DNA of 63,176 nucleotides, the filler included, from Octopus bimaculoides (taxonomy: Eukaryota): assembly GCF_001194135.2 (NCBI RefSeq). It is 6 parts of 6 records of this genome, joined end to end, with 100 filler letters (N's around TTAATTAATTAA, not from the genome) between each part and the next. Parts side by side here need not be neighbours in the genome. Positions count along the whole stretch, not along the records: positions 6,962 to 31,736 come from NC_068982.1; 5 more parts are not named here. One strand, given 5' to 3'. A program made the position numbers and the translations under genes. The notes beneath the pieces are model-generated. The model had not been told where the DNA came from. It saw only the letters and a program-made list of their open reading frames with translations, and searched no databases. Position 1 is the first letter of the stretch. Each line of letters starts with the position of its first letter. Below are positions 13,190 through 26,521 of this stretch, in pieces.

Positions 13190-13945
13190 TCTATGTCAGA
13201 AGATATTGGCGGGCTCAGAACAAGATTTGAAACTCGTAGAGCACGAAGATAAAACCTCCGATGAATTTGATGTGAAGGTAAGCGAAGAGAAAACAAATGT
13301 TATGACAAACGGAAGCAGTATCAACATAAGCGTCAACGGAGTTGAGCTTGAACAAGTTCAAAACTTCAAATATCTTGGGGTGATAGGGAGTTACCAAGGT
13401 TGATGCCAGCATTGCCAAAGCAATGACCAAATTCAGATCACTGTGGAAAGACAGAAATATCTCACTGAACTCCAAAATTAGGCTAATGAGATCACTAGTG
13501 ATGTCAATATTCCTGTATGCCTGTGAGACATGGTCACTGACCACAGAAATCGAAACAAGAATCCAGGTTACAGAGATGAAATGTTTCAGGAGACTTTTGG
13601 GAATATCATACAGAGATCGTGAAACAAATGAAGAATTGAAAATGATAATAAGACAGGCAATAAGGGTCTATGAGGAACTTCTTACCATAGTAAAGAAACG
13701 CTCGTTCAGTTGGTTTGTGCATGTCACACGCTCATCAGGGATAGCCAACACAATCCTTCAGGCAACAGTCAAAGCTGGCAGATGCAGAGGTAGACAGAGA
13801 AAGAGATGGGAAAACAATATCTGTGAGTGGACAGGCCTAAAGATGAGCAACGCAGGGTGAGGGGAGGAGACGGATGGCGGGATCTCGCCGCAAGTCAATG
13901 GTGGTTCCCTAACGGTGAGCAAGACTACGGGATATGTAATGTGAT
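13190..13945 (+). mobile_element. RTE-clade LINE (second family), 5'-truncated 3' fragment
   Basis: EEKTNVM, QNFKYLG, SIFLYACETW, MKCFRRLLGISYRDR, GRCRGRQRKRW (ORFs 13206-13403 and 13423-13860, frameshifted). Confidence 0.88.
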
Positions 13946-16900
13946 ATCATATAAATATTGGAAAAAAAATTACAAATGTCCAACCTGAGACTGACAAAAT
14001 ATCCCCCAGAATTCAGTGAACATTATAAAATAACTCGATAAAATTATGGGAAGAGCAAAATATAATATCACCTACATTAAGATATATATATTCTTAGGGA
14101 ATGAAAATTGTGATGGATATCTCCATAAGTAATAGATATGATATTTTCAAATATTTTATAATCTTGTAAAAAAATTATAGACATTAATGTAATCTTGTAA
14201 AAAAATTATAGACATTAATGTTCGTTATTTATATAAAATAAGACGAAACGAATGAGGGTTTGTCCTGGCTCCATTTTTAAAAAGAAATATGAATTTGTAT
14301 AACACGCCACTCAGTGAAACTCGCGACTCTTTATTCAATAGAAATAAACTGATTAACATATGTATGTGGAAACTGATCTGAGGTGGTAAACGTTGCAACA
14401 ACTTGGACAATAAAATGTTGAAAGCAATTGTTGTTAAATAAATTGGTGATTGAATGTTGCATTGAAATCAATTTATATAAACTAATATATCTATTGAATA
14501 TTAATTGCAATTCAATTAACAAATTATTTTATTCTTCGGGAAATATCCGCAAGCAATCACTAACCAACGATAATCAATAGACGGCTTAAATAATTAATAA
14601 TTTAATTAGAGAACATCTGCATTGATTTCGGAGATGCAGAAAGTCTGGATTAAAACAAATTCTGATAAAACACCGGATACTTTAAAAACAATCATATTCT
14701 CGCTGTATTCTGAGGGTATATCGAATCATTGCGCTTTGGCCTGATTTATATGTATATATATACGTACGCAAACACTCACACGCATACATTACAGAGACGA
14801 GGCAAAGTTTGTAACTCCTAATAATTCTATAGTTATTTATTAATGTAGCATATTATATGCAATATTTTTATATTGAGATATAATTTATTCAGGTGTATTC
14901 ATAGAAATACACCTGAATAAATTTAACATCTATAAATTTATATGCGTGAGTTTATCAATATATCTACATCGACATGTGAATATCTTCATTTACCTATCTA
15001 TTTCTCTATCTATCTATCTATCTATCTATNNNNNNNNNNNNNNNNNNNNNNNNNNNNNNNNNNNNNNNNNNNNNNNNNNNNNNNNNNNNNNNNNNNNNNN
15101 NNNNNNNNNNNNNNNNNNNNNNNNNNNNNNNNNNNNNNNNNNNNNNNNNNNNNNNNNNNNNNNNNNNNNNNNNNNNNNNNNNNNNNNNNNNNNNNNNNNN
15201 NNNNNNNNNNNNNNNNNNNNNNNNNNNNNNNNNNNNNNNNNNNNNNNNNNNNNNNNNNNNNNNNNNNNNNNNNNNNNNNNNNNNNNNNNNNNNNNNNNNN
15301 NNNNNNNNNNNNNNNNNNNNNNNNNNNNNNNNNNNNNNNNNNNNNNNNNNNNNNNNNNNNNNNNNNNNNNNNNNNNNNNNNNNNNNNNNNNNNNNNNNNN
15401 NNNNNNNNNNNNNNNNNNNNNNNNNNNNNNNNNNNNNNNNNNNNNNNNNNNNNNNNNNNNNNNNNNNNNNNNNNNNNNNNNNNNNNNNNNNNNNNNNNNN
15501 NNNNNNNNNNNNNNNNNNNNNNNNNNNNNNNNNNNNNNNNNNNNNNNNNNNNNNNNNNNNNNNNNNNNNNNNNNNNNNNNNNNNNNNNNNNNNNNNNNNN
15601 NNNNNNNNNNNNNNNNNNNNNNNNNNNNNNNNNNNNNNNNNNNNNNNNNNNNNNNNNNNNNNNNNNNNNNNNNNNNNNNNNNNNNNNNNNNNNNNNNNNN
15701 NNNNNNNNNNNNNNNNNNNNNNNNNNNNNNNNNNNNNNNNNNNNNNNNNNNNNNNNNNNNNNNNNNNNNNNNNNNNNNNNNNNNNNNNNNNNNNNNNNNN
15801 NNNNNNNNNNNNNNNNNNNNNNNNNNNNNNNNNNNNNNNNNNNNNNNNNNNNNNNNNNNNNNNNNNNNNNNNNNNNNNNNNNNNNNNNNNNNNNNNNNNN
15901 NNNNNNNNNNNNNNNNNNNTGTATATACATATATAAACAAAGAATAAAGATACAAAAATACACAAACACACAAAAATTCTCACAGATATAAGTGTATATA
16001 GCTGTATATGGCTCTGTATAAAAGAGGTATTTTCTTGAACAAGTATTGAAACCTTGACGGCTATATTTTTCTTTATATCAGAAAGTCTTTTGTTTATATT
16101 TTTGAGCAAATTTGTATTAAAAGAAGCAACAAAATACACCGTATTTATTTTCTACACAAGATAAGAAGTATAATTTATCGGTATTTCGAAAAGCTATTTT
16201 GAAAAGAAAGAGGAAGATGAGATAAAGCAAAAACACAGCTAAGGCTAACTGAACTGTTTCTTGCATTGATGTATGAAATTGTGCCCGGAAAGCTGTGTGG
16301 CTATGTGCGTATTTATGTTCTGTTAGAAACGATAGCCTCTACGGTGACCTCATCTATCGCATGGGTCAAGTGATAAGCATTGGGCTACGATATTCTTTGA
16401 AATTTTGGTCACCTCGTTCTTTATAGTGAGCATACTCCATATACATAATACATAGAGACACAGACGCGCACACACATACGTGTATCTGTCTATGACCATC
16501 GAACGATATTGGTAACATTTAAAGTGCTGCTGAATTTATAAAACTTTGATATTCCTTTGATGAAACATCTTACACCTGCTTACAAAATTTGAAATATTTA
16601 ATCGCATACACTACCTCGGGGTATTATTTTTTCCTTTCCAGACGCCTAAACTCAAAGACACAACACACACACACACACACACACAATTATATCTACACAT
16701 GCATGCATGTATGTGTGTATATAATCATGTATAAATATTCATAATACATACACATATACATACATGAATACGTATATATATACATACATATATATGTATA
16801 TGTTGGTGCATATATATACATGAATATATATATATATGCAGGTTCACACAGTGACGAAATGATACATTGTAATGAAAAGACGAGGGGAATAATTTTCTGT

Positions 16901-17202
16901 TGATTACGTATAATTCAATTTATTTTCAATTAAATCGAGAGACACTGATTCTACACTAGTCGTTCAAATTTTGTCAGTTATTTAATTATTGCTTAAAATT
17001 ACATTTCTTTAATTACATTGAAATTATATTTCGTGGCAAACATAAATTAAATTGATATTATGTTTTTCATTTTGATACATTGCCAGCATTTGACATTGTG
17101 TATGACATTGTGTGTCGTAACATACATACATCAAACGGATTTGAATCGATAAAAAACTAAGTTCAGCATAAAAATTTCAACAGGCTCGCAAAACTCATCA
17201 TC

Positions 17203-17203
17203 A

Positions 17204-17258
<55 letters not shown>

Positions 17259-17277
17259 GATTGTAATTATTATTATT
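17203..17277. repeat. (ATT)n microsatellite abutting the 3' end of an R4/Dong-like element
   Basis: Direct observation. Confidence 0.95.
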
Positions 17278-18709
17278 CCTTCGTAAAACGGAGTCTTTAG
17301 TCGTCTGTCAAATTGCAACAAGGACCCCAAACAGATAATACTTTCTTTAAGATTTGCGCTATGCCCAATAAGGCAGCTTTTTGCAAGACATCAATCTTGC
17401 ATGCGATTTCCAGTCGCCTTAAGAAGGGATTAAGCCCAGCGTTCCGATCACCACTGGTATTACTTTTACATTACCCTCTGGCATTCCATACAGTCTTACC
17501 ATTTCCACTTTCAATTTGGAGTATTTGGGTGATATTTTCAACCTCTTTACTCACAACGTTCATGTCATTTGGTATGGCTACATCAATGATCTGACAGTAT
17601 TTGTCTCTCTTATTCAATATGATAATATCCGGCCGACGGTGTTGGATTAGACGATCCGCCTGAAAATCATAGTCCCAGAGTATCGTTACTTTTCCATCAT
17701 CCTGTATAACTTTACTTGGTACATGCTCATACCAGTTCTCTGTTACTTCATATTGGTATTTACGGCATAAGAGCCAATGAAGATACACACACACTTTATC
17801 GTGGCGGCGCTTGTATTCTTTTTGTGCAAGGCTCTCACATCCATTTACTAAGTGTGTAACATTTTCCACACTCTTTCCACAGAATCTGCATTTCTGGGTA
17901 TAAGAAGTTTTATATGATCAGGCTTTCAGTGGAACACTTCAAATCACCTTGCTCAAGCCATGCGCACGATGCTGTATTATCATTAACATCTTATGTTAAC
18001 TGTCCATGCATTCTCATTCCAAGGAGGTCTTCTTTTTTCTTCTCCTCAGCTCTTTGGTTCAACACTTCCTTTCCGGTCATTTCATCTGCATTTACACCCA
18101 TATCTTTCGCGGCATATTGCAGCAGATCTTCACCACTATTTATAAAATACTCGGCAAGTGTTCTGCTTTCACTCCTTATACAATGGTCTATATTAATTAG
18201 TCCTCTGCTACCATTCTTTCTTTTCATATACGGACTCTTTAAGTTTGCTTTATGGTGTAGTGCCCCATGTAGCGTCATCAACTTTCTCGTCCTTCTATCC
18301 AATGTTCATATTTCCTCCCTAGTCTATTTGAGCATGGACGCATTATATCTGACCACCGCAAATGCCCAGATGTTCATTGCGGTAATCAAAGTTTTGGCAT
18401 TCAGGTTGGATTTCAACACCATCTTCACCCTCTTTTGATACGCCGCGCTGACCTTGACTTTCATTTCTGTGTGTAGAATGTCATCCAGTTACAAAATCCC
18501 TAAATATCTATACCCACTACCGTCGGGTTCACCAATGGTCTCTCCTGAAGGTAACCGCAATCCTCTGCAGGCTCCTTTCTTCCTTCTTTTCATACTAAGT
18601 ACTGAGTATTTGCCAATCCCAAATTCCATAACGATTTTCCTACCACAACTTCTGGGCTATTTTGGCTAAAGACTCTATCTGTTTTTCAGATTTTCCAAGA
18701 GATTTCTTT
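17278..18709 (-). mobile_element. R4/Dong-like non-LTR retrotransposon (RT thumb, Zn knuckle, restriction-like endonuclease), 5'-truncated
   Basis: Minus strand: GYRYLGIL, RTRKLMTLHGALH, HLVNGCESLAQKEYKRRHDKV..LHWLLC, RRPDII, IIDVAIPNDMNV..KE, IPVVIGTLG, and a (AAT)n tail. Confidence 0.88.
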
Positions 18710-18716
18710 ATTATTA

Positions 18717-18781
<65 letters not shown>
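18710..18781. repeat. (ATT)n microsatellite between two R4/Dong-like elements
   Basis: Direct observation. Confidence 0.95.
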
Positions 18782-19187
18782 GTTCAGTAGTTTTATTTTT
18801 ATAACGTGCTTTCACTTTACTACCGAGCGCAGCTCTGTGTGCCTTGGGTATATGCTGTGGTTTGCTGTGATGCTCTTATGGTTACTGTATTGATAGTGTT
18901 TTGCGTAGAATGTGCGCAGTGCTCAGTAGTGCAATTTTTTGTATGTTATATATATTTGTAAGTCCTGGTGTTTTTGTTAAGTATTTGTCTGAATATTTTT
19001 TTATTATACCTAAGGCACCTACTATGATAGGAATTGTATCTGTTTTTAGATTCCACATTCGAGTTACCTCTATTTGTATGTCTTTGTATTTTGAAAGTTT
19101 TCCCATTTCTTTTAGGGAAACGTTATCATCTGCTGGTATTATTACTNNNNNNNNNNGGGAAACGTTATCATCTGCTGGTATTATTAC

Positions 19188-19188
<1 letters not shown>
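18782..19188 (-). mobile_element. R4/Dong-like element 3' end (family 2)
   Basis: IPADDNVSLKE..KLSKYKDIQIEVTRMW...IPIIVGALG...QKIALLSTAHILRK*, then 3' UTR and (AAT)n tail. Same family as 58931-59335 and 63000-63176. Confidence 0.88.
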
Positions 19189-19218
<30 letters not shown>

Positions 19219-19224
19219 ATTATA

Positions 19225-19286
<62 letters not shown>

Positions 19287-19327
19287 CATTATTATTATTA
19301 TTATTATTATCATTATTGTTATTATTA
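19189..19327. repeat. (ATT)n microsatellite between R4/Dong-like elements
   Basis: Direct observation. Confidence 0.95.
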
Positions 19328-20150
19328 CTTTCCGATTGATTTGCATTTTATTTCATCTTCGGACCGCTTCTCAAGTAGAAACCTAAGACACGTATGTATT
19401 AGATGGTGAAACACTTCCTGAGAATGTGGCCGGTTGATGTCAACACAATTTTTTGAGTCTCATAGACTGTTAGTGTTCCAGGGGTCTTCTCAAAAAAATT
19501 GTCACCACTTTTCTTGGTCATTCCCAGGGTGCCTATATCAATAGGGATGGTTTTGATTTTTAATTGCCTATCTTAAGGTTGTAACATTTCGATAGCTGTT
19601 CTAATTCCTTTGCTGAGATGTTTCTATCAGCAGGCACTGTCATATCGAGTAACAGGCATGTTTTTGTCTTACGTCTTTGATGACGATGTCTGTTCTGTTA
19701 TCATTTATTTCTCTGTCTGTAAGTATCCCATAATCCCATAAGATGGTAACATTCTCTCCCTCTTAGGATGCAGGATATTATAGTGACAGCATATGCTCCA
19801 GTGCAAGTATTAGCCAACTCGATCATGCATGGTTTTATATTCTGTAGGGGAAAAGAGTCAACAACCGGCAACATTGTTGTCAATACTCACAGGTTTTTCA
19901 TTGCAGAGTCTACAATCGGTGTCTACCATATTGTTTATGACGTTAGCTTGATAGTTCTGACTGAGAGGGCTCTGATCTGGTGCCACTAGTATAAACTCTT
20001 GTTTTTGCTTTCAAGCCAGCAGTCTGCAGCCACTGATAGGTTCTTCAAATACTTCCACCAGCTTTTGCAGCTCTTTTGGGGTATTGTTCATGCAATGGTT
20101 TCTCTTGCCACAGTTTCGATATTTTCTTTAAGTTTTTTTCTACCTTAGTG
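19328..20150 (-). mobile_element. R4/Dong-like element 3' fragment (family 3), degenerate
   Basis: Minus strand: WQEKPLHEQYPK (~20090-20125) and DIVIKD.RQKTCLLLDMTVPADRNISAKE (~19600-19690), with frameshifts. (AAT)n tail at the low-coordinate end. Confidence 0.78.
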
Positions 20151-21099
20151 GATGGTGTGTCTTCCTAACCATCATCATAATCACGGACATTAAGCACTTG
20201 TCTGTATTGATATGCCTCATTTGAGATTCAGTGCAGTTTCTTACTCAGTTTGTGTTGCCCTACCAACTGCATCCTCCAGTAGGTGTTACTATGGATGTAC
20301 ATTTGGAGTCCCACAGTGATCGTTATATAGGACGTTTCAAGTTGGATTAGACCTCTACTGCCTTCTTTGCGTGGGATATAGAGTCAATAGACGTCCAAGT
20401 TTGGGTGATGCATGTTGTTTAGTGTCAGCCGTTTCCTGGTCTATATTCCATGCGCTTATTTCTCTTATTTTTCTGAAATATTTTATTAATTGGATGTTAC
20501 TGAAATTTACATAGTTTTGTTATCGAAAATACATACGGAAATATATGCCAAACGCTTAAACTCATTTATTCATATCTGATGCGATTTTCGACTGCGTAAT
20601 AGGTTGAAATCCTACTGCTTAGCTGAATTTAATGTTCACCGTGATTAATGATATGCCGGAAGTGTAAAATATCAGCTGTTATATAGAACCATCATTTGTA
20701 AGAGATCTGGAAATACTTTTACAATATTCACTCACATAAAGATAAATACATATATGCATACAGACACATACGCATACACACTCATACACGTACACACTCA
20801 TCGCATTAATTTGTCAACGTGAATGCACGTGATATTAAGTTGGACCAAAACCAACGTGTCAACCATTTTAAGTAGAAAACTGTGTCATAAACTATCTGTA
20901 TGACATACGATCGGCGTTCAACATACTTTTGGGGGTTAATATTTCTTATATGGGCGATGGGCTATGCATATTGACCGTTACTTGAAAACTCATTCACTGA
21001 TTGAGAAGAATTGTACGCAGACGAAAACAAAAGTTGATGTCATGCGTCATATAATGGCTTTATAATATAATGCCTGAACCCTTATATTACATTTCATGT

Positions 21100-21420
21100 C
21101 TGTTGTCATAATAGGTCTAATGTCGAATTTTAGTTTCAACTTTGAAGTCATAGAAGTGGGTTTCATACTGTGGAACATTAAAAGATTAACGTTACGTTGT
21201 TCGACAATGGTGTCGTCAAGATTGGAGTGAATTGCATTGATTACAATCCCTTTACTGATGGCCACATCTATTCTCCACACTGGCGTGCATTTACAGGAGG
21301 CAATGTCCAAAAATAATCCTACCAAGGTATTGCTGAAGTGAACAGAGAGAATAATAGTGATGAAAGATGGTATGAATACTTCGCTACCCGATTAGATTTC
21401 CATGAGTTTCGACAAGTGAT
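21100..21420 (-). mobile_element. Highly degenerate CR1/L2-type RT fragment
   Basis: Weak resemblance to GVPQGS.LGP and LQ.DL..L..W...WLL.F..K motifs (IHSNLDD..VEQ..LLMFH..K). Confidence 0.3.
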
Positions 21421-21643
21421 TGTCTGAACACACAGCTGGTTGATAGCACACATATAATGTCATGATTATACTGCGTCTTTCAAGATATGTATTTCAAGCT
21501 GAAAACAAGGAAGTTGTGTCACATACAATTTCGCTGCAATTGTGTTTCCATTTGTACATATGTTACTCGAATATTATGAATGCGTTGGATCTTCGGTCTA
21601 ATACAGCTGAAAAAAATGATTCAAAATTTTACATATATATCAA

Positions 21644-21851
21644 TTTTAATCCTTCGACTCTCGCGAGTGTTACTTTGTAAAACCTCCCACAGAAATAATT
21701 AAAATCTAGAGAAATATGAATACCTATCGGCCGCGGACACTCGCGATATACTGAGGAGGTCGCGATATAAATTTACATATATTAACCAGAAACATCCGCG
21801 ATGTACTGAGCGCACGATAGGTGAAGCGCGATATGATATGGGATTACTGTA
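21644..21851. mobile_element. pogo/Tigger-like MITE
   Basis: Right end cgcgatatgatatgggattactg+TA (21850-21851). Degenerate inverted left end taatccttcgactctcgcg. ~205 bp, no ORF. Confidence 0.6.
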
Positions 21852-22783
21852 TTTAAAATATAATTAAATTGTGAAATTAATGTTATATTCACAGTGGCAT
21901 AGATAAAATAAAGAAGAAATCCGTATATCGAGAAATCCAGCTATGTTCAGAACAGAACATTAACATTATTATGAAGAAGCCAAAATATTTTCATGATTTT
22001 AGACGACGCTGTCGTTCTATCTAAAAGGCGATAATATGTAGCCAAGTTTTAAATGTGACGCAATGCTAACTATCATTACAGGATGTGTTGTAAAAGGCTT
22101 GCATGAAAATATATACTGTCGTTTTTACAGTATTTTATGCCAAGAAATGCTTAAATACAGTGAAAATTCAACTTATTCGTTTCTAGTTATTGATATTATA
22201 AATATTCTTAATACATATCTAGTTACACTCACGATTTTACTGCTTCAAGGAAAATTAAGAAGGCTTCACTGCAAGAAATTGTGTCAAGGCTACAGAAAGT
22301 AGACAATCTACGGATTCTGATAATTCAGCTCAAATTTTGAAAACAATGCATTATGTATGCACTTGATGGATCGAAAGATAATGTTATATTGCAAGAAATT
22401 GATGATAAAAGAAATGGAAATAAACAATTGGCGTGAAGTAATTTATATTCAGTGTCAGATAACAGTAAATAATGGGATGAGATTCAATAACATCCATTTT
22501 TTGGTAAGAGAAAAAAAAAAGACTGTTGGTATGTGGTAATACTAAAAACTGTGATTTATAGAAACATATTGTTTCTGATTTTAAAAGGTAAAAGACTACT
22601 ACGCTTTATTCACACACACACGCACAAGTACACACAAATACACACAGACACAGACACAGACACAGACACACACACACACACACACACACTCACTAATTGA
22701 TAGATAATGATAGGTATAGTGAGAAAGATTGCGAGAGAAAGGGACAGCAAAGCGGCCAAAGTATTTCGTGTGTGTGTGTGTGT

Positions 22784-22834
<51 letters not shown>

Positions 22835-22835
<1 letters not shown>

Positions 22836-23175
22836 CTTAGATGTTTCGACCAAAATTGGCCCAGGTCATGTCTAACTTAATAGCACCACCTGACTGGATT
22901 TGCTAAATCCTTTTTAAGTCAAGTTTCGTGTTATCATCGCCCGTTCAAGTAGGGAGTTCTTGTTAATTGAGTTGTATCCATGTATAGGTGGTTTATCTGG
23001 TATTCCTTGAAGAAATTTGTCCAGATTCCTTTTAGTGGTGACGGTGACTTTACCTTTTGGGACAACGTTGAATGGGTCAGGGCCTGTTAAGGGAAAAATT
23101 GTGTTGCTGTGTATTTATGTGTTGTGATTCTGAATTGGGTAGAAAACGTAGTCCTAACGTTAGATGAGTTCTGAA
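22835..23175 (-). mobile_element. CR1-like LINE 3' end
   Basis: Minus: GPDPFNVVPK...KRNLDKFLQGIPDKP..HGY...NSLLE. 3' UTR caggtggtgctattaagttagacatgacctgggcc matches ~7441-7476. Confidence 0.7.
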
Positions 23176-23179
23176 ACCA

Positions 23180-23213
<34 letters not shown>

Positions 23214-23789
23214 NNNNNNNNNNNNNNNNNNNNNNNNNNNNNNNNNNNNNNNNNNNNNNNNNNNNNNNNNNNNNNNNNNNNNNNNNNNNNNNNNNNNNNN
23301 NNNNNNNNNNNNNNNNNNNNNNNNNNNNNNNNNNNNNNNNNNNNNNNNNNNNNNNNNNNNNNNNNNNNNNNNNNNNNNNNNNNNNNNNNNNNNNNNNNNN
23401 NNNNNNNNNNTATATATATATATATATATATATGTGCGTGTGTGTGTGTTTGTGTAAATGTTTTTCTCTATCTATAATTCGAGTATGCGATGGTGGTGTT
23501 AATGACAGAAACACAGCATCTCAAGGAATCACAATTTACTGCTTAGCTGTAGAATGAAAATCAATGCTAAATATTACCGGAAATGGTCATTTTAATAAAT
23601 TTAGTCTCAGATTGGGTATGCGTATGCAATCTATGATCTCTACACACACATTTCAGTTTAATTAGAACTTATTGACTTAACGTATTCGCCTAAATCCTAC
23701 TTTGATCAGCATTTAGAAGTTTTTCATTAATATCTATCGATATTGCGATATTACGAAGTGCTCTGATTAACTTTCTCCTTTAGTTCCAG

Positions 23790-24020
23790 ATCACTTGGAA
23801 ATTCACCGCGCTTCCGCGAATAAGGAGCTTTTTCTACGACGGTAACAGTTTTCCTCCAAGTGCCAGATTTTGGAACTCTCTTCCATTTCATTGCTTTCCA
23901 CATTCTTATAACATAAACTCCTTGAAATCTAAAGTATTTACCATCCTGTCATCTTAATTACTTCTTCTTCATAGCACCTAACACTAAGTGGTTTTTCACC
24001 TTGTTTGGAATTTTCTAATA
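23790..24020 (+). mobile_element. L2/CR1-type LINE 3' end relic
   Basis: RFWNSLPFHCFPHSYNINSLKSKV resembles the WN.LP...FP..Y....FKS.V terminus of this superfamily. Confidence 0.45.
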
Positions 24021-24585
24021 TATAAACGGGTGGTTTCTAAAATATTTACATTCGTGATTATTAATTGTGATCTCATGTGATTAACACAGATGGTCTTGCC
24101 ATTAAATTATGTAACGCAGATAAATGTGTGGAGTCTCTTAGTACCTTTTGCGAAATGTAGATATTGCATTGATATCTGCACCTGATTTTGGAGAAAGCAA
24201 ACGCAAACACTACGAATAAAAGTAGATATGCTGTGTAAATCAGAATGGATTCAACAGATATTCCATTGGCAATGGCAAGAGGAATACTTGTTTACAGGCA
24301 AGGAGTTAGCTACGGTCATCTTGTTTCTGCGTAATAATATCTCATCAGAATGATTTAGAATTAATACAAACGATTTCAGATCGTACAAATGTTATGTATT
24401 CCAAATAACTTACGCACGTAATATGTTAGCATATTTAGAGAAAATCAGCTAAATATGAATGGTGTTTGTAATTGGCTCTCAAAATGAAGGGCCGATAATC
24501 TCAAGATAATAGGAAGCAGTACCAACATTTCAGATTATGTCTGTACACACACACGAACACGTGCGCGCGCGCATTTTTATCGTTT

Positions 24586-24976
24586 ATTTTTTACCTGTTT
24601 CAGTCATTAGACTGCGGGCATGCTGTGGCACCACCTTGAAATATTAGTGAAATGAATCGACCCCAGTACTAATTCTTTAAAAGCCTGGTACTTACTCAAT
24701 CGATCTATTTTGGCGAACCACTAAGTTACGGAGACGTAAACACACCAACACCGGTTGTCAAGTGGTGACGGAGGGAAATGACAGATACATATAGATATGT
24801 ATATACTTATATATACGACAAGCTTCTTTCATTCTCTTCTACCAGATCCACTCACAAGGCTTTGGTCGGCCCGTGACCATAGTAGCAGACACTTGCCCAA
24901 GGTGCCATGCAGTGGGACTGAACCCGGAACCACGTGGTTGGGAGGCAAGCTTCTTACCACACAACTACTCCTGCCT
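24586..24976 (-). mobile_element. SINE family A, full-length
   Basis: Reverse complement colinear with 29871-30258, including the B box ggttcagtcccactgc. Confidence 0.85.
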
Positions 24977-25103
24977 TTCATCCTTTTGCGGTCGATAAAT
25001 AAAGTACCAGATACACACTGGGGTTGATGTAATCGACTTAATCCCTTTGTCTGTCCTCGTTTGTCTCCTCTATGCTTAACCCCTTGTGGGCAATAAAGAA
25101 ATA
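24975..25103 (+). mobile_element. SINE family B-related 3' fragment
   Basis: ctttcatcct..gtcgataaataaagtaccag..actggggttgatgtaatcgact matches 27730-27795. Confidence 0.65.
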
Positions 25104-25202
25104 TATGTATATATATATATATNNNNNNNNNNNNNNNNNNNNNNNNNNNNNNNNNNCATGGAGTTACACATGGAGGCCGACATACAGATAGACAGGCAGA
25201 TC

Positions 25203-25210
25203 GATAGATG

Positions 25211-25260
<50 letters not shown>

Positions 25261-25262
25261 CA
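25203..25262. repeat. (GATA)n microsatellite
   Basis: Direct observation. Confidence 0.95.
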
Positions 25263-26479
25263 GGCAGAGAGACAGATTTGCTTGGTTTCCATGAAATCAA
25301 TAGGTAGATATATACTTTAGTAATGTAACACGCATAAACTCTTAAACCCCGACCTCCACTTTGTACTACGAGAGCTTTTAGTAAATTATATATTTGTTTA
25401 ATTTGTAGATTTGTATTCCTGCTGCAAAAGCATGATCTGTGCTTCAAATTTCTATCTTTTATCTTCTTCCAGTTATAAATGTTACTTCCAAAGCCATAGT
25501 ATTATGTTAGCACTTGTCCGAGACTATAAAAAAATACCACTTTTATTTTATTTTTTATTATTTAATTTGATGTTTTCACACCGACCAATGTAGATACTAC
25601 ATCGTATGTACTTTATAGAATAAATAAATAGTATTCACTTTTGCTAAATTCAAACTAACTGAAGAATCGGATTTCTGCAAGCGTACTGACTGGTAATTTT
25701 TAATTGATAACACTAACATGGATGGTTTTTCTTCCCAACTGCACTATAAAAACTAAAAGAACTGATAGCATTCTGTCAAGTCCCATAACATTATGTCAAA
25801 ATCCGAGCTTTTAAATACAGTGACATGAATACATTTCACCAATTTTTTTGATTTGTCTGACAAACGTTTGGCCTATGCTTTCTTGCATTACGTTTAATTG
25901 ATAAGGGAATTGATATGTACGCATCGATAAGCTAGTTCAGACTTAACGAATCTTTATTGCTATTCCCACATATAATCGTTAGAAAACGTTTTATGATATA
26001 TTTTCGAGCCAAAAATCACTTGGTTAGAAGAAATGAAGCTTTGGAGAGAAGGATTTCTAGTGGTTAATTTTAACTTTTCCGTTCTAACTTCCAATATCAC
26101 AATTGTAAAATTTAATCTTAGTGTTGATAGCTTACGTATCGGCAAAATACAATATACTTGTGTAGTGCCAAATATATATCGTTCGATTTATTTGACTTAT
26201 CCGTCCCATGACGGATGTGGCATACCGGCAGTTTTTTTTCCCAATGTGCCAGGGGCCGGTAGTATTTCTTAGTAATATTAATTTATACCGGAAACAATTA
26301 TATAATGAATATAATAAAAGTTGGCAATTTGTCTTATCTTATATTTATTTGGTAAACAAATAATACAATATTACATAAGCTGATTAAGTTGTTTACTGCA
26401 GTGCATAAGGTGAAATTACTGAATTTATGGTATTGTTGCTTTCTTTTCTGGAAACTTGCCTCGTACCGGCAGCTGATGG

Positions 26480-26521
26480 CTCGCGGACCGGGTTCGCGGA
26501 CCACCACTTTCAGTAGCACTG
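26480..26521. mobile_element. Probable hAT-type MITE terminus (one end only)
   Basis: gcggaccaccactttcagtagcactg resembles the reverse complement of CAGTGCTACT(C)AAAGTG(T)GGTCCGC-type hAT ends. Partner end not found. Confidence 0.35.

Noticed and set aside
4148-16139. Long ORFs (200-370 aa) in the track, and similar ones across later gaps
   Set aside because: They are read-throughs of N gaps and TA/TG/ATT microsatellites (poly-X, YIYI, CVCV, poly-I/L), not genes.
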